Source: Octopus bimaculoides
Lineage: Eukaryota
Direction of reading: 5' to 3'
Length of the DNA: 57,691 bases
Assembly: GCF_001194135.2 (NCBI RefSeq)
Contig: NC_068992.1
Coordinates: 25,351,132 to 25,408,822 of the forward strand
Made by a program: the position numbers and the translations under genes. The notes below the pieces were generated by a model that saw only the letters and a program-made list of their open reading frames with translations, had not been told where the DNA came from and made no database searches. Every line of letters begins with the position of its first letter. Positions within the stretch are counted from its first letter, which is position 1. Shown piece by piece: positions 1 through 12,365 of this stretch.

Positions 1-42
<42 letters not shown>

Positions 43-864
43 CAGTAGGGTAAAAAATTGGATATTAATTAATATCAATTTAATACCAGGAAATAAGCAC
101 ATTAAAAGAATCAAGGAGATTCAGAAAAAAATATCTGCTATTTTTCTGTCTCTCTCACCTCTCTCTCTGTATATATACATATATATATATATATCGGTAT
201 GCTGATGCAAAGGCGAAAAATAGAATTGAAAATATGAGAATATTATTGTGTGTGTGTTTAGTTGCCATTCCTTTTCAAATGTCTTATTCAAGCAAGTGTA
301 GTGTGGTGATGGATTGAGTTCAGGATCTTCACGATTTTAGGGATGAAGGGAGAACTTTGTCTGGGCACCAGCAACCTGGTCTCAATCACTGCAACACAAT
401 CGATACAGATAAATTGATCCAAAATTTCAGATAACATTGCCAACTCGATTGAAAAATAGACAACAAAATATGCTGTTTTCCAAACATATTCATACAATGT
501 TTCTCTATGCCTGAATATGCCTTTGCTCTGTTGTTGTTAAGCTCCATGCGAAGTGTGATAAAACCGATCTATTATCGATAGATATGATTGTCAGATCTTA
601 TGTCCAGTCATCGTGAATATCGTATGCAACACTCTCTAATGGAATCTCATATATCAGAGTGTTTTTATCGGTCAGGGCTGCCTTGAAAGAAATGTAGGTA
701 CTGTTTCTTGTAGACGATAAAATATATACCGAGTAGTTGGTTTCATATTTATTCCTACGGGATCTGTAATCTTCGCAGAACACACGTAGTTCAGACATAG
801 ACGCACATACACACACACGTATACGCGCAGACAGACGTATATACAAACACAAACACAAACACAC

Positions 865-1047
865 GCACATATTCTTGTATTCTTTTATTCGTTTCAGTCA
901 TTTGACAGCGGCCATGCTGGAGCACCGCCTTTTAGTCGAACACATCGCCCCCAGGACTTATTCTTTGTAAGTCTAGTACTTATTTTATCGGATATCTTTT
1001 GCTGAACCACTAAGTTTCGGGGACCTAAACATAGACACATACACACA

Positions 1048-1078
<31 letters not shown>

Positions 1079-1195
1079 GATTGGCATCTTTCAGTTTCCG
1101 TCCACCAAATCAATTAACAAGGCTTTGGTCGTCCCGAGGCTAGAGTAGGAGACACATGCCCAAGGTGCAACGCAGTGGTACTGAACCCGAACCCT
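865..1195 (-). mobile_element. tRNA-derived SINE (family C here), head/body and tail separated by an internal (CA)n
   Basis: Minus strand reads GGGTTCGGGTTCAGTACCACTGCGTTGCACCTTGGGCATGTGTC...GACCAAAGCCTTG; tail CCAGCATGGCCGCTGTCAAATGACTGAAAC. Same modules recur at 12000, 18236, 37395 and 38265. Confidence 0.8.
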
Positions 1196-1927
1196 GCAAA
1201 ATATTTGATATGTATATTAAATGTAAGCCAAGTTTACTGGTATGAGCACGAGCAAAAATCCTAAATTGCAAAGCACACTCAAGACAATATGCTTTTGTTG
1301 CTAGCTTGTTCGATTATTTTCTTAGTAGAAGGAAGAGTAGTTTAGAAGAAGGAAGTGCGTATAGGGAAGGAATTTGCATGAAATTCTTGAAAATCCACAG
1401 GAATTTGTAGGGGTGAATGCTTGAAGCGAAATNNNNNNNNNNNNNNNNNNNNNNNNNNNNNNNNNNNNNNNNNNNNNNNNNNNNNNNNNNNNNNNNNNNN
1501 NNNNNNNNNNNNNNNNNNNNNNNNNNNNNNNNNNNNNNNNNNNNNNNNNNNNNNNNNNNNNNNNNNNNNNNNNNNNNNNNNNNNNNNNNNNNNNNNNNNN
1601 NNNNNNNNNNNNNNNNNNNNNNNNNNNNNNNNNNNNNNNNNNNNNNNNNNNNNNNNNNNNNNNNNNNNNNNNNNNNNNNNNNNNNNNNNNNNNNNNNNNN
1701 NNNNNNNNNNNNNNNNNNNNNNNNNNNNNNNNNNNNNNNNNNNNNNNNNNNNNNNNNNNNNNNNNNNNNNNNNNNNNNNNNNNNNNNNNNNNNNNNNNNN
1801 NNNNNNNNNNNNNNNNNNNNNNNNNNNNNNNNNNNNNNNNNNNNNNNNNNNNNNNNNNNNNNNNNNNNNNNNNNNNNNNNNNNNNNNNNNNNNNNNNNNN
1901 NNNNNNNNNNNNNNNNNNNNNNNNNNN

Positions 1928-2002
1928 GCAGCACAGCTACCACCATTCACCGCATGACAATCTCCTGCGATTTGGAAATTGTTGCTACAACAGTCAACGA
2001 TA

Positions 2003-2041
<39 letters not shown>

Positions 2042-2168
2042 CAACAGCCTCACCAGCACTGACAGCAGCACTAATTAACAGCCATAAATCACAGCCTACA
2101 TCATTACAATCATCATCCCCACCACCACCACCACTACATCCCTCAGTGTCAACCTTATATGTTTGTAC
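1928..2168. repeat. Low-complexity (CAG)n/(CCA)n trinucleotide tract next to an assembly gap
   Basis: About 10 CAG units at ~2027-2056 and CCA repeats at ~2118-2135. The + frame is open as poly-Ala/poly-Pro; coding status unproven. Confidence 0.7.
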
Positions 2169-2182
2169 GTATGTGTGTGGGG

Positions 2183-2224
<42 letters not shown>

Positions 2225-2425
2225 AATGTCGACGGTCCGCAGATGGCAAATAAAGTGTTTAACACTTATGGCTTGCAAATTAGCTTCCAGTTCTCCATAG
2301 CTACTGGATTTTCTTGAGTATATAAAGATAATGGCTGGTTATTTCCTTGACATTTATCAAACGATTTCAACAACTTTCTAGAGAACTCAATAAAGTTCGA
2401 AAACCGGTCAAAACTGTTCATCATC

Positions 2426-2490
2426 TTTGGTGGCGGTGTTGGTAGTGGTGGTGGAGTTGGTAGTGGTGGTGGTGTTGGTAGTGGTGGCGG
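2426..2490. repeat. 18-bp imperfect tandem repeat (GGTGGTGGTGTTGGTAGT) x ~3.5
   Basis: Seen directly; translates as LPTPPP repeats on the minus strand. Confidence 0.7.
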
Positions 2491-2529
2491 TAGTTGTTCT
2501 GGTGATGGAACACGAGCGCACGTTTGTGT

Positions 2530-2561
<32 letters not shown>

Positions 2562-2832
2562 ATAGAAATAGGAGAAAATATATTGAATGCTTTAATACAG
2601 GCGATCTAATAAGCAACATCACCATGAGCGATATAACGATTATCATTATGCAAACTGCATCCTCTTCCCCTCCAATGTTTCAGTTCATTACAGCTGTTTC
2701 TAACGAATTTTCTAATTGATCAATGAGTACATTACATCATTATAAAGGCCGTTTTCTTCAGATGACTACAAGAATACAAGAATTTTATAAATCCAGTGTA
2801 TTAATTTTTTTAAAATTTACAATCAAAGACAT

Positions 2833-2880
<48 letters not shown>

Positions 2881-3038
2881 TTTTGTTTGGTTGTTTGTGC
2901 GTGTGACTGTGTTTGTTTGTTTGTTTGTGGCCGTGTGTGTGTCGACAGATTAGGTAGTTAGATAGTCATTACATAGTTAGATAGTCACTTAATGCAGCAT
3001 TTGATCTTGACCTGAGATGATATCTCTGGTAGACTTAC

Positions 3039-3207
3039 CATGTTTAAAACGAAATTAATATCAGAGAAAGGCGTATATCCATCCCAGCAGTGGCGAGTGC
3101 CAGCACAATATGCCTTCGAGTCATTTTTGACCATTTTCAACGGCTCGTACACGCAGTCAGGCTCATATTCAAAGGAGAATTTGACGTCTTGCCAATAGGA
3201 AAAAACT
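3039..3207 (-). other. Candidate exon ending in ATG|GTAAGT (5' exon or internal coding exon of an unidentified gene)
   Basis: Minus strand TTTTAAAC-ATG|GTAAGTCT is a strong donor; possible acceptor ATGTTTTATTCAG at 3208. Frame open (VFSYWQDVKFSFEYEPDCVYEPLKMVKNDSKAYCAGTRHCWDGYTPFSDINFVLNM). No recognised homologue. Confidence 0.3.
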
Positions 3208-3456
3208 CTGAATAAAACATTGTCTGGTGCTGAGAACAGCATCACAGCCGATTAAATGTCTAGTGCACGCAACTAAAGCAGCATTTAATTAAGATAGCTA
3301 TCAATGTTCCATGCTTAGTTTGTACGCTTTGCCTGTCATTAAAGCCAAACGTCTTCTGGTGCATTCACTGACCGATGCTGGGACGGATTTTCATCAAACA
3401 AAATTAAAGGAATGTCATATAAACCATTTGCGTTCCTTTAAAATGAGGAAACAATT

Positions 3457-3679
3457 AAGTAGTTGTATGCTGTCAACTTAATGTGACAGTCCCCTGAAGG
3501 GAATAATACTACTGTTGGTTAGACCTAGGAAGCAGCACTGCTTCCTGTGGGCCTTGACATAAGGACACAGGAAATGTGTCAAGGCCGACAGGAAGCAGTG
3601 CAGCTTCCTAGGTCTAACCACCAGCAATATTATTCCCTTCAAGGGACTGTCACATTATGTTGACAGCATGCAACTACTT
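3457..3679. mobile_element. Foldback / hairpin MITE-like inverted repeat
   Basis: Arms 3457-3559 and 3577-3679 are reverse complements over 103 bp with 8 mismatches and no indels; 17-nt spacer. Confidence 0.85.
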
Positions 3680-5231
3680 CATCGTATCACTACTGCATAA
3701 ATCTCTCTGAGAGATTTAGAAATGTATTATTTCGAAAAAGAGGAAATAATTGTTTAGCACTTCTCTAGTGAAACTGATATGGGACTTGATGGATAGTACC
3801 ATTAACTATTCTATCTTGTGAGGTATGATTCGAACAGGGATTGTTTTTTATAAAGGAGGAAAAATTAGATGTGATATTTGTCTATGAGAATAAATGAAGC
3901 ACTTAAATGCTGTATTTACAATCTTGAGTGGTTAATCCAATTCATTCACCACGTTTATTATTTTAAATGTGTCTTAATTAGTGTATAAGTAATATCGGTT
4001 ATACTAGAAACATCTTTGTGTTTCATAGGTAGAATATGTCTTTTAAACCTTATTGTTTTAGGTATTTTCTCTACACCATAATACCAATATTTCAATGAAT
4101 TACAAGTACTACCATTAGTACTGGGCGTAGTGGTGTTGGAAATGACGGTGATATTTGTGTTTGTCGTTATCTTTGTCACTCAAGTGTCATAGTGACACAG
4201 ATCATGCGGGGTCTGATAACTCTTAATGGCAAGATGGCTGTACAGTTGCTAATCGTGTGGAAACAGGAACCAACCCACGTAAATTTATTTTTCAGTTAGA
4301 AAATTTGCGAATGCTGGGGAAGAGAAAAAACGGTAGTTAACAGTATAGGCAACATTAAGACCAAATTCCAGAACCTTTGTCTCTAGAGTACCACGGTCTC
4401 AACACGAAAGATTGATGAAAAAGTCCAGCAAGCCAACCGTAATTTTAGCCGAGAATATTCTTCCTCCCCAAGCTCCTGCTTCTCCTACTCTTTCTCCTGG
4501 TCTTATGTCGCCAACTCCACAGCGCCAACATCCCACCGCCATCATCATTGTTATCATCACCATCTTAATATGTTTATGTCTTAGTCGAGTATTTTAATAA
4601 ATCGAAAAAATATTCAGCCATTAAAATGAAAATCTTTGGCTATAAAGATCTCAACATTTTAAAGGTAGTTTAGCAACAAATCAAGCATTCAATAAATTTT
4701 GATAACGAAAAGAAAAAAACAAGCGAAAAAGGAAAGAAGGAAGAAAAGAACAAAGAAATAAAAAACGAAAAAGAAGTAAACTTCTCCACAGAATTTTAGA
4801 TTGCTTCATATCAAATAACAGAAACCATTTACAAAGCAAATGAAAGTTTGTAGTAGAGGTGAGCCGTATCTTTTTTACTCAGCATATTTCCTGATTGCTA
4901 GAACAATGTCTGGTAATGAAGCTGAAGGTGAAATTACCAAAATTCTATAGTTCTAAAATGTTTTGCAAGGAAGAATAATTAAAATGGCTTCTGACATGGA
5001 GAAGGGCATTTGAGTTGAAATGAAGAAATCGAATTTTACATTTCATGTTGTTGAGTCAAGTAATATTAACTGCAAGCACATTCATGGAAAAGAAATGGTA
5101 AACTAACTTAAATATTTCAGACATCCTAAAGTATATAGCCTTGAGAGAAAGTTACATTCTGTCCTGGTATTAAGCCTGGGTTACGATTAGAGTAAGTTCA
5201 AATCAATCTTTTTATTACTGATACGGTGAGG

Positions 5232-5233
<2 letters not shown>

Positions 5234-5300
<67 letters not shown>
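5234..5300. repeat. (AAT)n microsatellite
   Basis: Seen directly. Confidence 0.95.
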
Positions 5301-6000
5301 CTTTTCTACTCTAGGCACAAGGCCCGAAATTTTGGGGAAGGGGTCCACTCGTCCCCAGTAGGCAAGTGCTACTTAATTTATTTACCCCGAAAGGATAAAA
5401 GGCAAAGTCAACCTCGGTGGAATATGAACTCTGAATGTAAATTCCGCCGAGGTCGACTTTGCCTTTCATCATTTCGGTGTCAATAAATTAAGTACCAGTT
5501 AATCACTGGGGTCGATGTAATCGACTTAATCCCCTTTTCTGTCATTGTTTGTCCCCTTTATGTTTATCCCCTTGTGGGCAATAAAAAAATAAGAAACGTT
5601 AGCACGCCGGGCTAAATGTTTAGCGGTATTTCGTCTGTCTTTACGTTCTTAGTTCAAATTTTGTGGAAGTCGACTTTGCTTTTCATCCTTTCGGGGTCAA
5701 CGAATTAAGTACCCCTTGTGTACTGGTGTCGATCTAATCAACTGGCCCCTTACCCCAAAATTTTGGGCCTTGTGCCTAGAGTAGAAAGGAATATTGATCT
5801 CAAATTTTGGCACAAGGTTAGCAAGTTCAGGGACGGCATAAATGGGTTGCATCGGCCCCAGTACTCAGCTGGTATTTATTTTACCCACCCCTAAAACAAA
5901 GAAAGGCATAGTCGATCTCAGTGGAATTTGAATTCATAATGTAAGGACGGACACAATGCCGCTAAACATTTTATCCGGCGTGCTAACGATTCAGTTATTT
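5301..6000. mobile_element. Cluster of four family-A tRNA-derived SINE pieces in mixed orientation (-,+,+,-)
   Basis: Recurrent motifs GTTAGCACGCCGGG...TTAGCGGTATTTCGTCTG, B-box-like GTTCAAATT, GAGGTCGACTTTGCCTTTCATC, and GGGCCTTGTGCCTAGAGTAGAAAG. Confidence 0.85.
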
Positions 6001-6852
6001 CACATTTAAAAGCATTCTGTATTTTTGGCTAAATGAGATGAAGTACGTAATTAACATATACTCATAGATCTACTGTTAGTCAATGTCAGTATAAAATATT
6101 TATATATTCAGATTGGGAACTTATGGTGAAAGTAATTATCCATTCTTAACTACAGACGCTTTTTATGTTTGTTTGTTTTTTTTTTTTGTTTTTTTTTTTT
6201 GCAGGGAAAAAAAGAAACTTTTTCGTGATGTGTGACTTGACTTCAATTTTAAAATGGCCAATGCACAATGGACAACCGTTTCACTTGTTGCAAGCTGTAC
6301 ATGAAACGCTATGACTTTCTGTGACAGAAAGTGTTTTTTTACAATATCAAAAGGCACTCTAAAAATTACGATGCATTTCTCCTGCAAATTATTGTTGAAA
6401 CTTGAATGTTAAGCACTCATTAACATCAAATGCAAACGGAACGGAAAATAGCCCAATTTTTAACCTGTTTTCTGTGATTACACTAAAGGTTTCGAGAATT
6501 ATTCCTCAAGAGAAATGTAACTATAATTTCATTAAACAAACAAAGCACTGCATTGCATCAAACTTCTATTTATTATCTTGGGGTTTGTCATTATCGTTAT
6601 CAACTAGTTCATTTAGTTGCTGAAAGTATCGCGGAATAAGCGCAAAATACTTGTAAACCGTTAATTTGCTTCAGTTTCAATTCTTGACTGAAATAATTCA
6701 AATTAAAGCGGTGATGTACTTCGGTAAGTCATGAATATTAAGAGATACTGTTACCCTTTCCTAAATATATTTGATTACTATGTCTAGACACTCTAAATAG
6801 ACATATCTGTACGTCCGTCGCAAATTGTTTAAAAGTGCAAAATATTCTAGTC

Positions 6853-7350
6853 CAGTGGTTCCCAACCCATTTCTTTAAATGAGGTTTGCCACGGACTTTA
6901 ATATGCTTATCCTTATATCTATATATACAGAATGTGGGGAAGCAATATCCACAAAGGGATTGTTAGAAACAATCCTGATACCAGCTGAGTTTAACCAAAT
7001 ATATTGATAGGAATATCATCAATATATATGTATATAAACAGTGGCATAACATCTGGAAGTCAATAAAAGAAAATAGAGAAGAAAAATTTAAAAAAGATGC
7101 TTGGTTTGTTTTATTTGTATTACAATTGGAAAAGTAACTTTTATTATTATTTCATCTTTTAATTTGCATTTTTTCTTTAATTATAATACAAATAAAACAA
7201 GCCAAGCATATTTTTAATCTTTCTTCTTCATTTTCTTTTATTGACTTTTTAAGGATATATATATATGAACTCTCAGTATTACATTTCTGGATCCCAGTAT
7301 TACCTTTGCGGATCACCAGGGTCCTGCGGACCCCAGGTTGTGAACCACTG
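6853..7350. mobile_element. Non-autonomous hAT (Charlie-like) DNA transposon, 498 bp
   Basis: 15-bp TIRs CAGTGGTTCCCAACC / GGTTGTGAACCACTG (1 mismatch) and a perfect 8-bp TSD TTCTAGTC at 6845-6852 and 7351-7358. An 8-bp TSD is diagnostic of hAT; the NTCTAGAN-like site fits Charlie. Confidence 0.92.
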
Positions 7351-8920
7351 TTCTAGTCACACGTCTGAGGCATTTAGTTTAGTCTCTCACAATCTCAAGT
7401 CCAAATCCCGTTATCAACGATAATTTATACGTTAGTTTTATCTATTTTGAATGGTCTAGAAAAAGGTACACAAAAAGAAAACACTTATAAAATCTTTTTA
7501 AGTAGTAATTCTATCAAAATCATGGTCTTGTTCTAAAGATAAATTTAGAAAACTGGCTCCCAGCAAAATTTCTTCCCATGTCTGTTTTCCAATGATGTGT
7601 CCCATGGAACAAAAAAGGTTAGTTGGTGGCAAACCGGTTCATTAATCTGATTCTTGATCTTTGGTAGAATCTATTTCTCTATAATTACGCCAACGTCCTG
7701 AACTTCCTTCATATACGTGTGTATGCATAAGTGTTGATTTCTGGAGATGTATGTCTATGTGCAGTATTATAGGCGTGTACCAGTGAATGAGGTTTATTTG
7801 CAATGTACTACATGTATAAGTCTGTGTGTAGGTAGGTCTGAGCATGCGTAGCCATGAGGGATTTTCGTTTTGTACAGATGTTATTTTTTTCTATTTTATA
7901 TGAATATATTTAAGTTTATGCGTCTCCTTGTCTATGGCTGCTAACATGAATAAACGAGTGTGTTTGTATGGCTGTATATGTTACTAATAATGATCTACAT
8001 TCAAATTTCTGTATATAATAAATATTTCAATATCACGAGACAATTTGCTGTGTGTTAAGTCGCGGAAAATTCTGGAATAACTCACCCAGAAGCAGGAGGT
8101 CAATCGACAACAAAATTTACATAAAAATTGGAGATTTCGCGATTGCCGGTATAGCCATGGGACATTGTAAGTTAAATATATTTCGCTAGGTTCTAACATC
8201 TTTTAAATTAAATATATGTGTTATGTTTCTATGTATTTTAATACCATTTTTCAACTCATCTCAGATTCATTCGATCAACTCCTACCAAATATTTATCACA
8301 TTTTAATTACTTTCAGTGTTTATATTTCTCTTATTGTTGTTGTTGTCAACCTCATGCCTTTCTCGTAATCATATAATAGAGAAATGTATTATTTTTGCAT
8401 GAGATATCTTTATATTATTATTCTAATAGGTATTTGTATTAACGTCGTTGTTTGCCGTGGGCTCACGAATTTATTGGGAGGCAATTATTTACGCATTATT
8501 TGTTAAAAATGTAGTCTTATTTACATCATTTTATATGATGGAACGCTGACTAGAGGTAACTGTTTTGGATGTTTAACCTCTATTCCATCCTCTCAACGAA
8601 GGGAAACGGTTTTATAGTGACATGTTATTTATGAATGTGTATGTGTATTTCTTGACCCAAATCTTGACTCAAATTGATTTACGAAACCAATTTGTGTCGA
8701 GATTGGAACAAAATGGAGAAATCAAGACAGAATTTGATTCGCATTGTGATCAACGGTGTACAACAGCATCTGATGGTCTGATCGATATAGTGATATGTAT
8801 TTCCACCCAAATATACATGGTTTGCATCTCAAAAACCACGTTAACGACCAGAATAGTTTAAACTTCTACATAATGATTTTTCAATTATAATACGAGTGCC
8901 ATTCAAAAGCAAAGGATATA

Positions 8921-9137
8921 CGAATGGGTGCTGAAAGGTTCTTGGCTTTAAAAGTATGGCGAAAGGCCTAGCTGAAAGTCCAACGTTCTGAGTTCTTTTA
9001 CAGGGCTCGGAAAATCTGAAGGACCGCTGCAATAAGTGTATGAATTTGAGAGGGGAACATGTTACATAAAATGATAATTAACCGATCGTCCTATATTTTC
9101 TTTTACCTAAAGCCAGGAACATTTCAGCACTCCCTCG
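8921..9137 (+). mobile_element. Mariner-derived MITE retaining the transposase C-terminus
   Basis: TA flanks at 8919-8920 and 9138-9139; TIRs CGAATGGGTGCTGAAAGGTTCTTGGCTTTA vs CGAGGGAGTGCTGAAATGTTCCTGGCTTTA. Internal frame QGSENLKDRCNKCMNLRGEHVT* resembles the mariner end (W..C....G.Y.E*). Confidence 0.85.
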
Positions 9138-9977
9138 TACGAAACAGCCAAACACGAATTCTTGCAAGCACAAGCATTGACAGCCCGCTTATAACAGCAA
9201 AAAATAAAGAATAATACTAAAAATGTAAACTCTTCATCAAACACAGAATCGACCGGAAGTTCCAAGATGCGGTTCAGTACTGAAGTCTCGCAACGATAAG
9301 AAGAAAATGGGTCTTGAAGCCTGCAAGAAATCCATTGTAAGGCAAGAACTTCACAATTGTCGGCAATACTTAAGAAGACGAAAAAGCATTAAAAAATAAA
9401 AATATGATGTGGCGGTGGGAGATTAGGTACAAATAAATATAATGACATTACCACTATATGCTTATCGAAACATCGAAGTAAAATGTCACTACTGATTACA
9501 TATATATATGTATATATATATANNNNNNNNNNNNNNNNNNNNNNNNNNNNNNNNNNNNNNNNNNNNNNNNNNNNNNNNNNNNNNNNNNNNNNNNNNNNNN
9601 NNNNNNNNNNNNNNNNNNNNNNNNNNNNNNNNNNNNNNNNNNNNNNNNNNNNNNNNNNNNNNNNNNNNNNNNNNNNNNNNNNNNNNNNNNNNNNNNNNNN
9701 NNNNNNNNNNNNNNNNNNNNNNNNNNNNNNNNNNNNNNNNNNNNNNNNNNNNNNNNNNTACATACACGCGCGCACACATATGCATATAAGTGTGCGACTG
9801 TATTCATGCGATTTATGTTCACACATATGCACACGCACCCACTAATTCCCTCTCATATACGGTTATTTTTTTTAAGATAATTATTTTATTAGTGTGAAAT
9901 AACGAGTGTGAGAAAAATAATATTTGGGTCGAAAATGAGACTCTAATGTGGGTCTATATATACATGTGTGTGCGTGC

Positions 9978-10024
<47 letters not shown>

Positions 10025-10695
10025 TGCTTGTGTATATGTGCGAGTCAAAATAGTCAGATAGGAAATATGTCTTTGTGACTTTTTCTCTCAAAACTCTTTC
10101 CACCTCGAAAAGAGCTGCTCGTGTTGATGTGGTTTATGCATAAAGCTCTTGGTTTCTGCATTGAAGATGCATTATAACCATTTCGGTAAGCACCAATCTT
10201 TGTTAATTTCATTTATGTGTGACGGAAAACCCAAGAAGTAGAGACAAAAAAATTTGTTTTACACGTATTTCCGGCTTCATATCGAGAATATTAAAGAGCA
10301 TCGTGAAGAGATAAGATAAAAAGAAAAGTAAAAACAAATCTTATAGGAATATGCATTGTAGATACAGACAAAAGAAAATATATTTCACGTCGGTAAAGTT
10401 GTGAAACATTTCAAAAAGAACGAGTTTTTCTATTTTCTTTTCTTTATTTTACCAGCTGTACTATTCATCATTTGCAACACTGATTACAAACACCAGCTTA
10501 CACTGAATATATAAGCAATATCTCGCTAACGGGAAGTTTTCAATCTTCCTCTCTCGGAAATAAAGCCATAGATTTAACATGGCACACGTATCAGTTAGGC
10601 TCCCTGGTCATGTGCTTAAAGATTATTATACGACAATGAAATATCAAATGTAATTAACTGGATGTAAAACACTAATTGTCATGTATATATATATG

Positions 10696-11160
10696 TGAGG
10701 TCTGATCAAAAAGTATCATGACATTTACTATGCTAACGGAACTAAAGTAAGCAGAGTGAAGCCGCTTGGCGCATCTGAAACCTGAACCCTGTCGCACATG
10801 CACACCAACTTATAACGTCCACGCTCACGTTTGTTGAATGTACCAGCTCTTGGAATTGAAGTGTGTAGAGTGTGGTCGCCTTAAAAAAAGAAGATCGGGT
10901 TTCATTTGCGCAGGATTTTCTCTTTTGTATCGAGGAAAGTGAAACCATTTTGCAAAAGGGTCATAAGAGTTATGAATCGTAGATGTATCTCTATAACATC
11001 GAAACCAAGGCTTGAAAGAAATCTCATTTGAAAGAAACAGAATTTGAAGACGTCGAGGAAATCCAAGAGAATGCAATGGGGCAACAGCTCACTGTGCCAA
11101 AAAAAAAAAAAAAAGGAGTTCTATAGATGCTTTCATCAATGGAAAGCACGCTGGATTAAA
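10696..11160 (+). mobile_element. Degenerate, internally deleted mariner remnant
   Basis: Left TIR-like GAGGTCTGATCAAAAAGTATC. Frameshifted RVI..ES*MYLYNIETK resembles the TGDE.W motif; FEDVEEIQENA...EFYRCFHQWKARWIKY resembles the mariner C-terminus. Confidence 0.65.
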
Positions 11161-11721
11161 TACTGAAATGATATGTGTTGTAGTTTTCTTTTTTATAGCA
11201 CTAATTACAATACTCTTTGATTAGACCGCGTATGTGTTAGACAACTCGTTATAGCAGACGATCTCATAAATAGATATACCTACCACATTCTATACAGAGC
11301 TTTCTATGATTCACTATTTCGTTAAAAAATCTCTAGAAGCTTTCATGCTTCACACCCTTTCTGAACAATTTTAGATAACTGATATTTACCAAACTCAACC
11401 AACTTGTCGATCCATACCCGGTGTAAATTGTTTGTTAATATCGTAGACAACAACGTGAGTGTTGGGAATTAAAATGGAAAAGAATGTCTCTTTTAAGTGC
11501 CTCTCTTCTAGTTAGCCACCCAGACCCAGGTCAAACTCAGCAAAGCAAACTATGATAAAAAGGCACTCGATCGATAACTCCTAATGTATATTACAGCATA
11601 CGTTCTTTTAGTAATTTATTGTTTCAGATATCTTTTGCTAATCGTCATGTAACTTAAGTGCACTGAATAATGTAGGTAATGCGGCTACACGACAGATTTT
11701 GAATCTCAGTGAACAGAAATA

Positions 11722-11880
11722 TTGGTTTCAAATTTTGACAGAAGGCCAGAAATTTCGGGGAAAGGGGAATGAATGTCGATGACATCGGCCCTATTGTTGA
11801 ACACAGAACGTAACGACGGGCGACATGCCGCTAAGCATGTTGCCTGGCGTGTTAACGATTCTGTTAGCGCGCCGCACACA
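11722..11880 (-). mobile_element. Family-A SINE, internally deleted
   Basis: Matches the family-A head and tail motifs seen at 13700 and 30795. Confidence 0.75.
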
Positions 11881-11999
11881 CTAAACAGAAAGTTCAATGA
11901 ATGTCTCAAGGTTGTCATCACAGTCATGTTCTACTGGAATTAATATAAACTATAGAATAACTAAGATATATATAAATATATATGTGTATATATTCTTTT

Positions 12000-12170
12000 A
12001 CTTCTTTCAGTCATTTCCCTGCGGCCAAGCTGGAGATCCGCCTTTGGTCGAGCAGATGGAGCCCAGGACTTATTCTTTGTAAGCGTAGTATTATTCTATC
12101 GGTCTCTTTTGTCGAACCGCTAGATTCGGTGTTAAGCGATAGTGACAAGCACAAACACAGACATTAATAC
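12000..12170 (-). mobile_element. Family-C SINE tail running into (CA)n/(TG)n and a gap
   Basis: CAGTCATT...GCGGCCAAGCTGGAG...CCCAGGACTTATTCTTTGTAAG matches 890-980. Confidence 0.75.
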
Positions 12171-12291
12171 ACCACACGCACACACACACACACACACATA
12201 CACACACATACACACACGTACACGCACACATACGTATATGTATGTATGTATGTGCGTGTTTGTGTGTGTACGTGTATGTGTATGTGTGTGT

Positions 12292-12365
<74 letters not shown>

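Noticed and set aside
288-540. Mixed-composition block that could be an exon
   Set aside because: All + frames close within ~40 codons, the minus ORF has no recognisable motif, and there is no convincing splice pair.
2266-2520. Minus-strand ORF PTPPPL...MMNSFDRFSNFIEF
   Set aside because: The Pro repeats come from an 18-bp tandem repeat; no homology or splice support.
8030-8172. KIYIKIGDFAIA resembling kinase KIGDFG, followed by a GTAAGT donor at 8167
   Set aside because: DFA not DFG, no HRD..N catalytic loop at the right spacing, weak acceptor, and no other kinase exons in the window.
8545-8615. CTGACTAGAGG...CCTCTC...GAAAC hammerhead-like string
   Set aside because: Core G8 is absent, GAAA is not adjacent to helix II, and there is no NUH with helix I.
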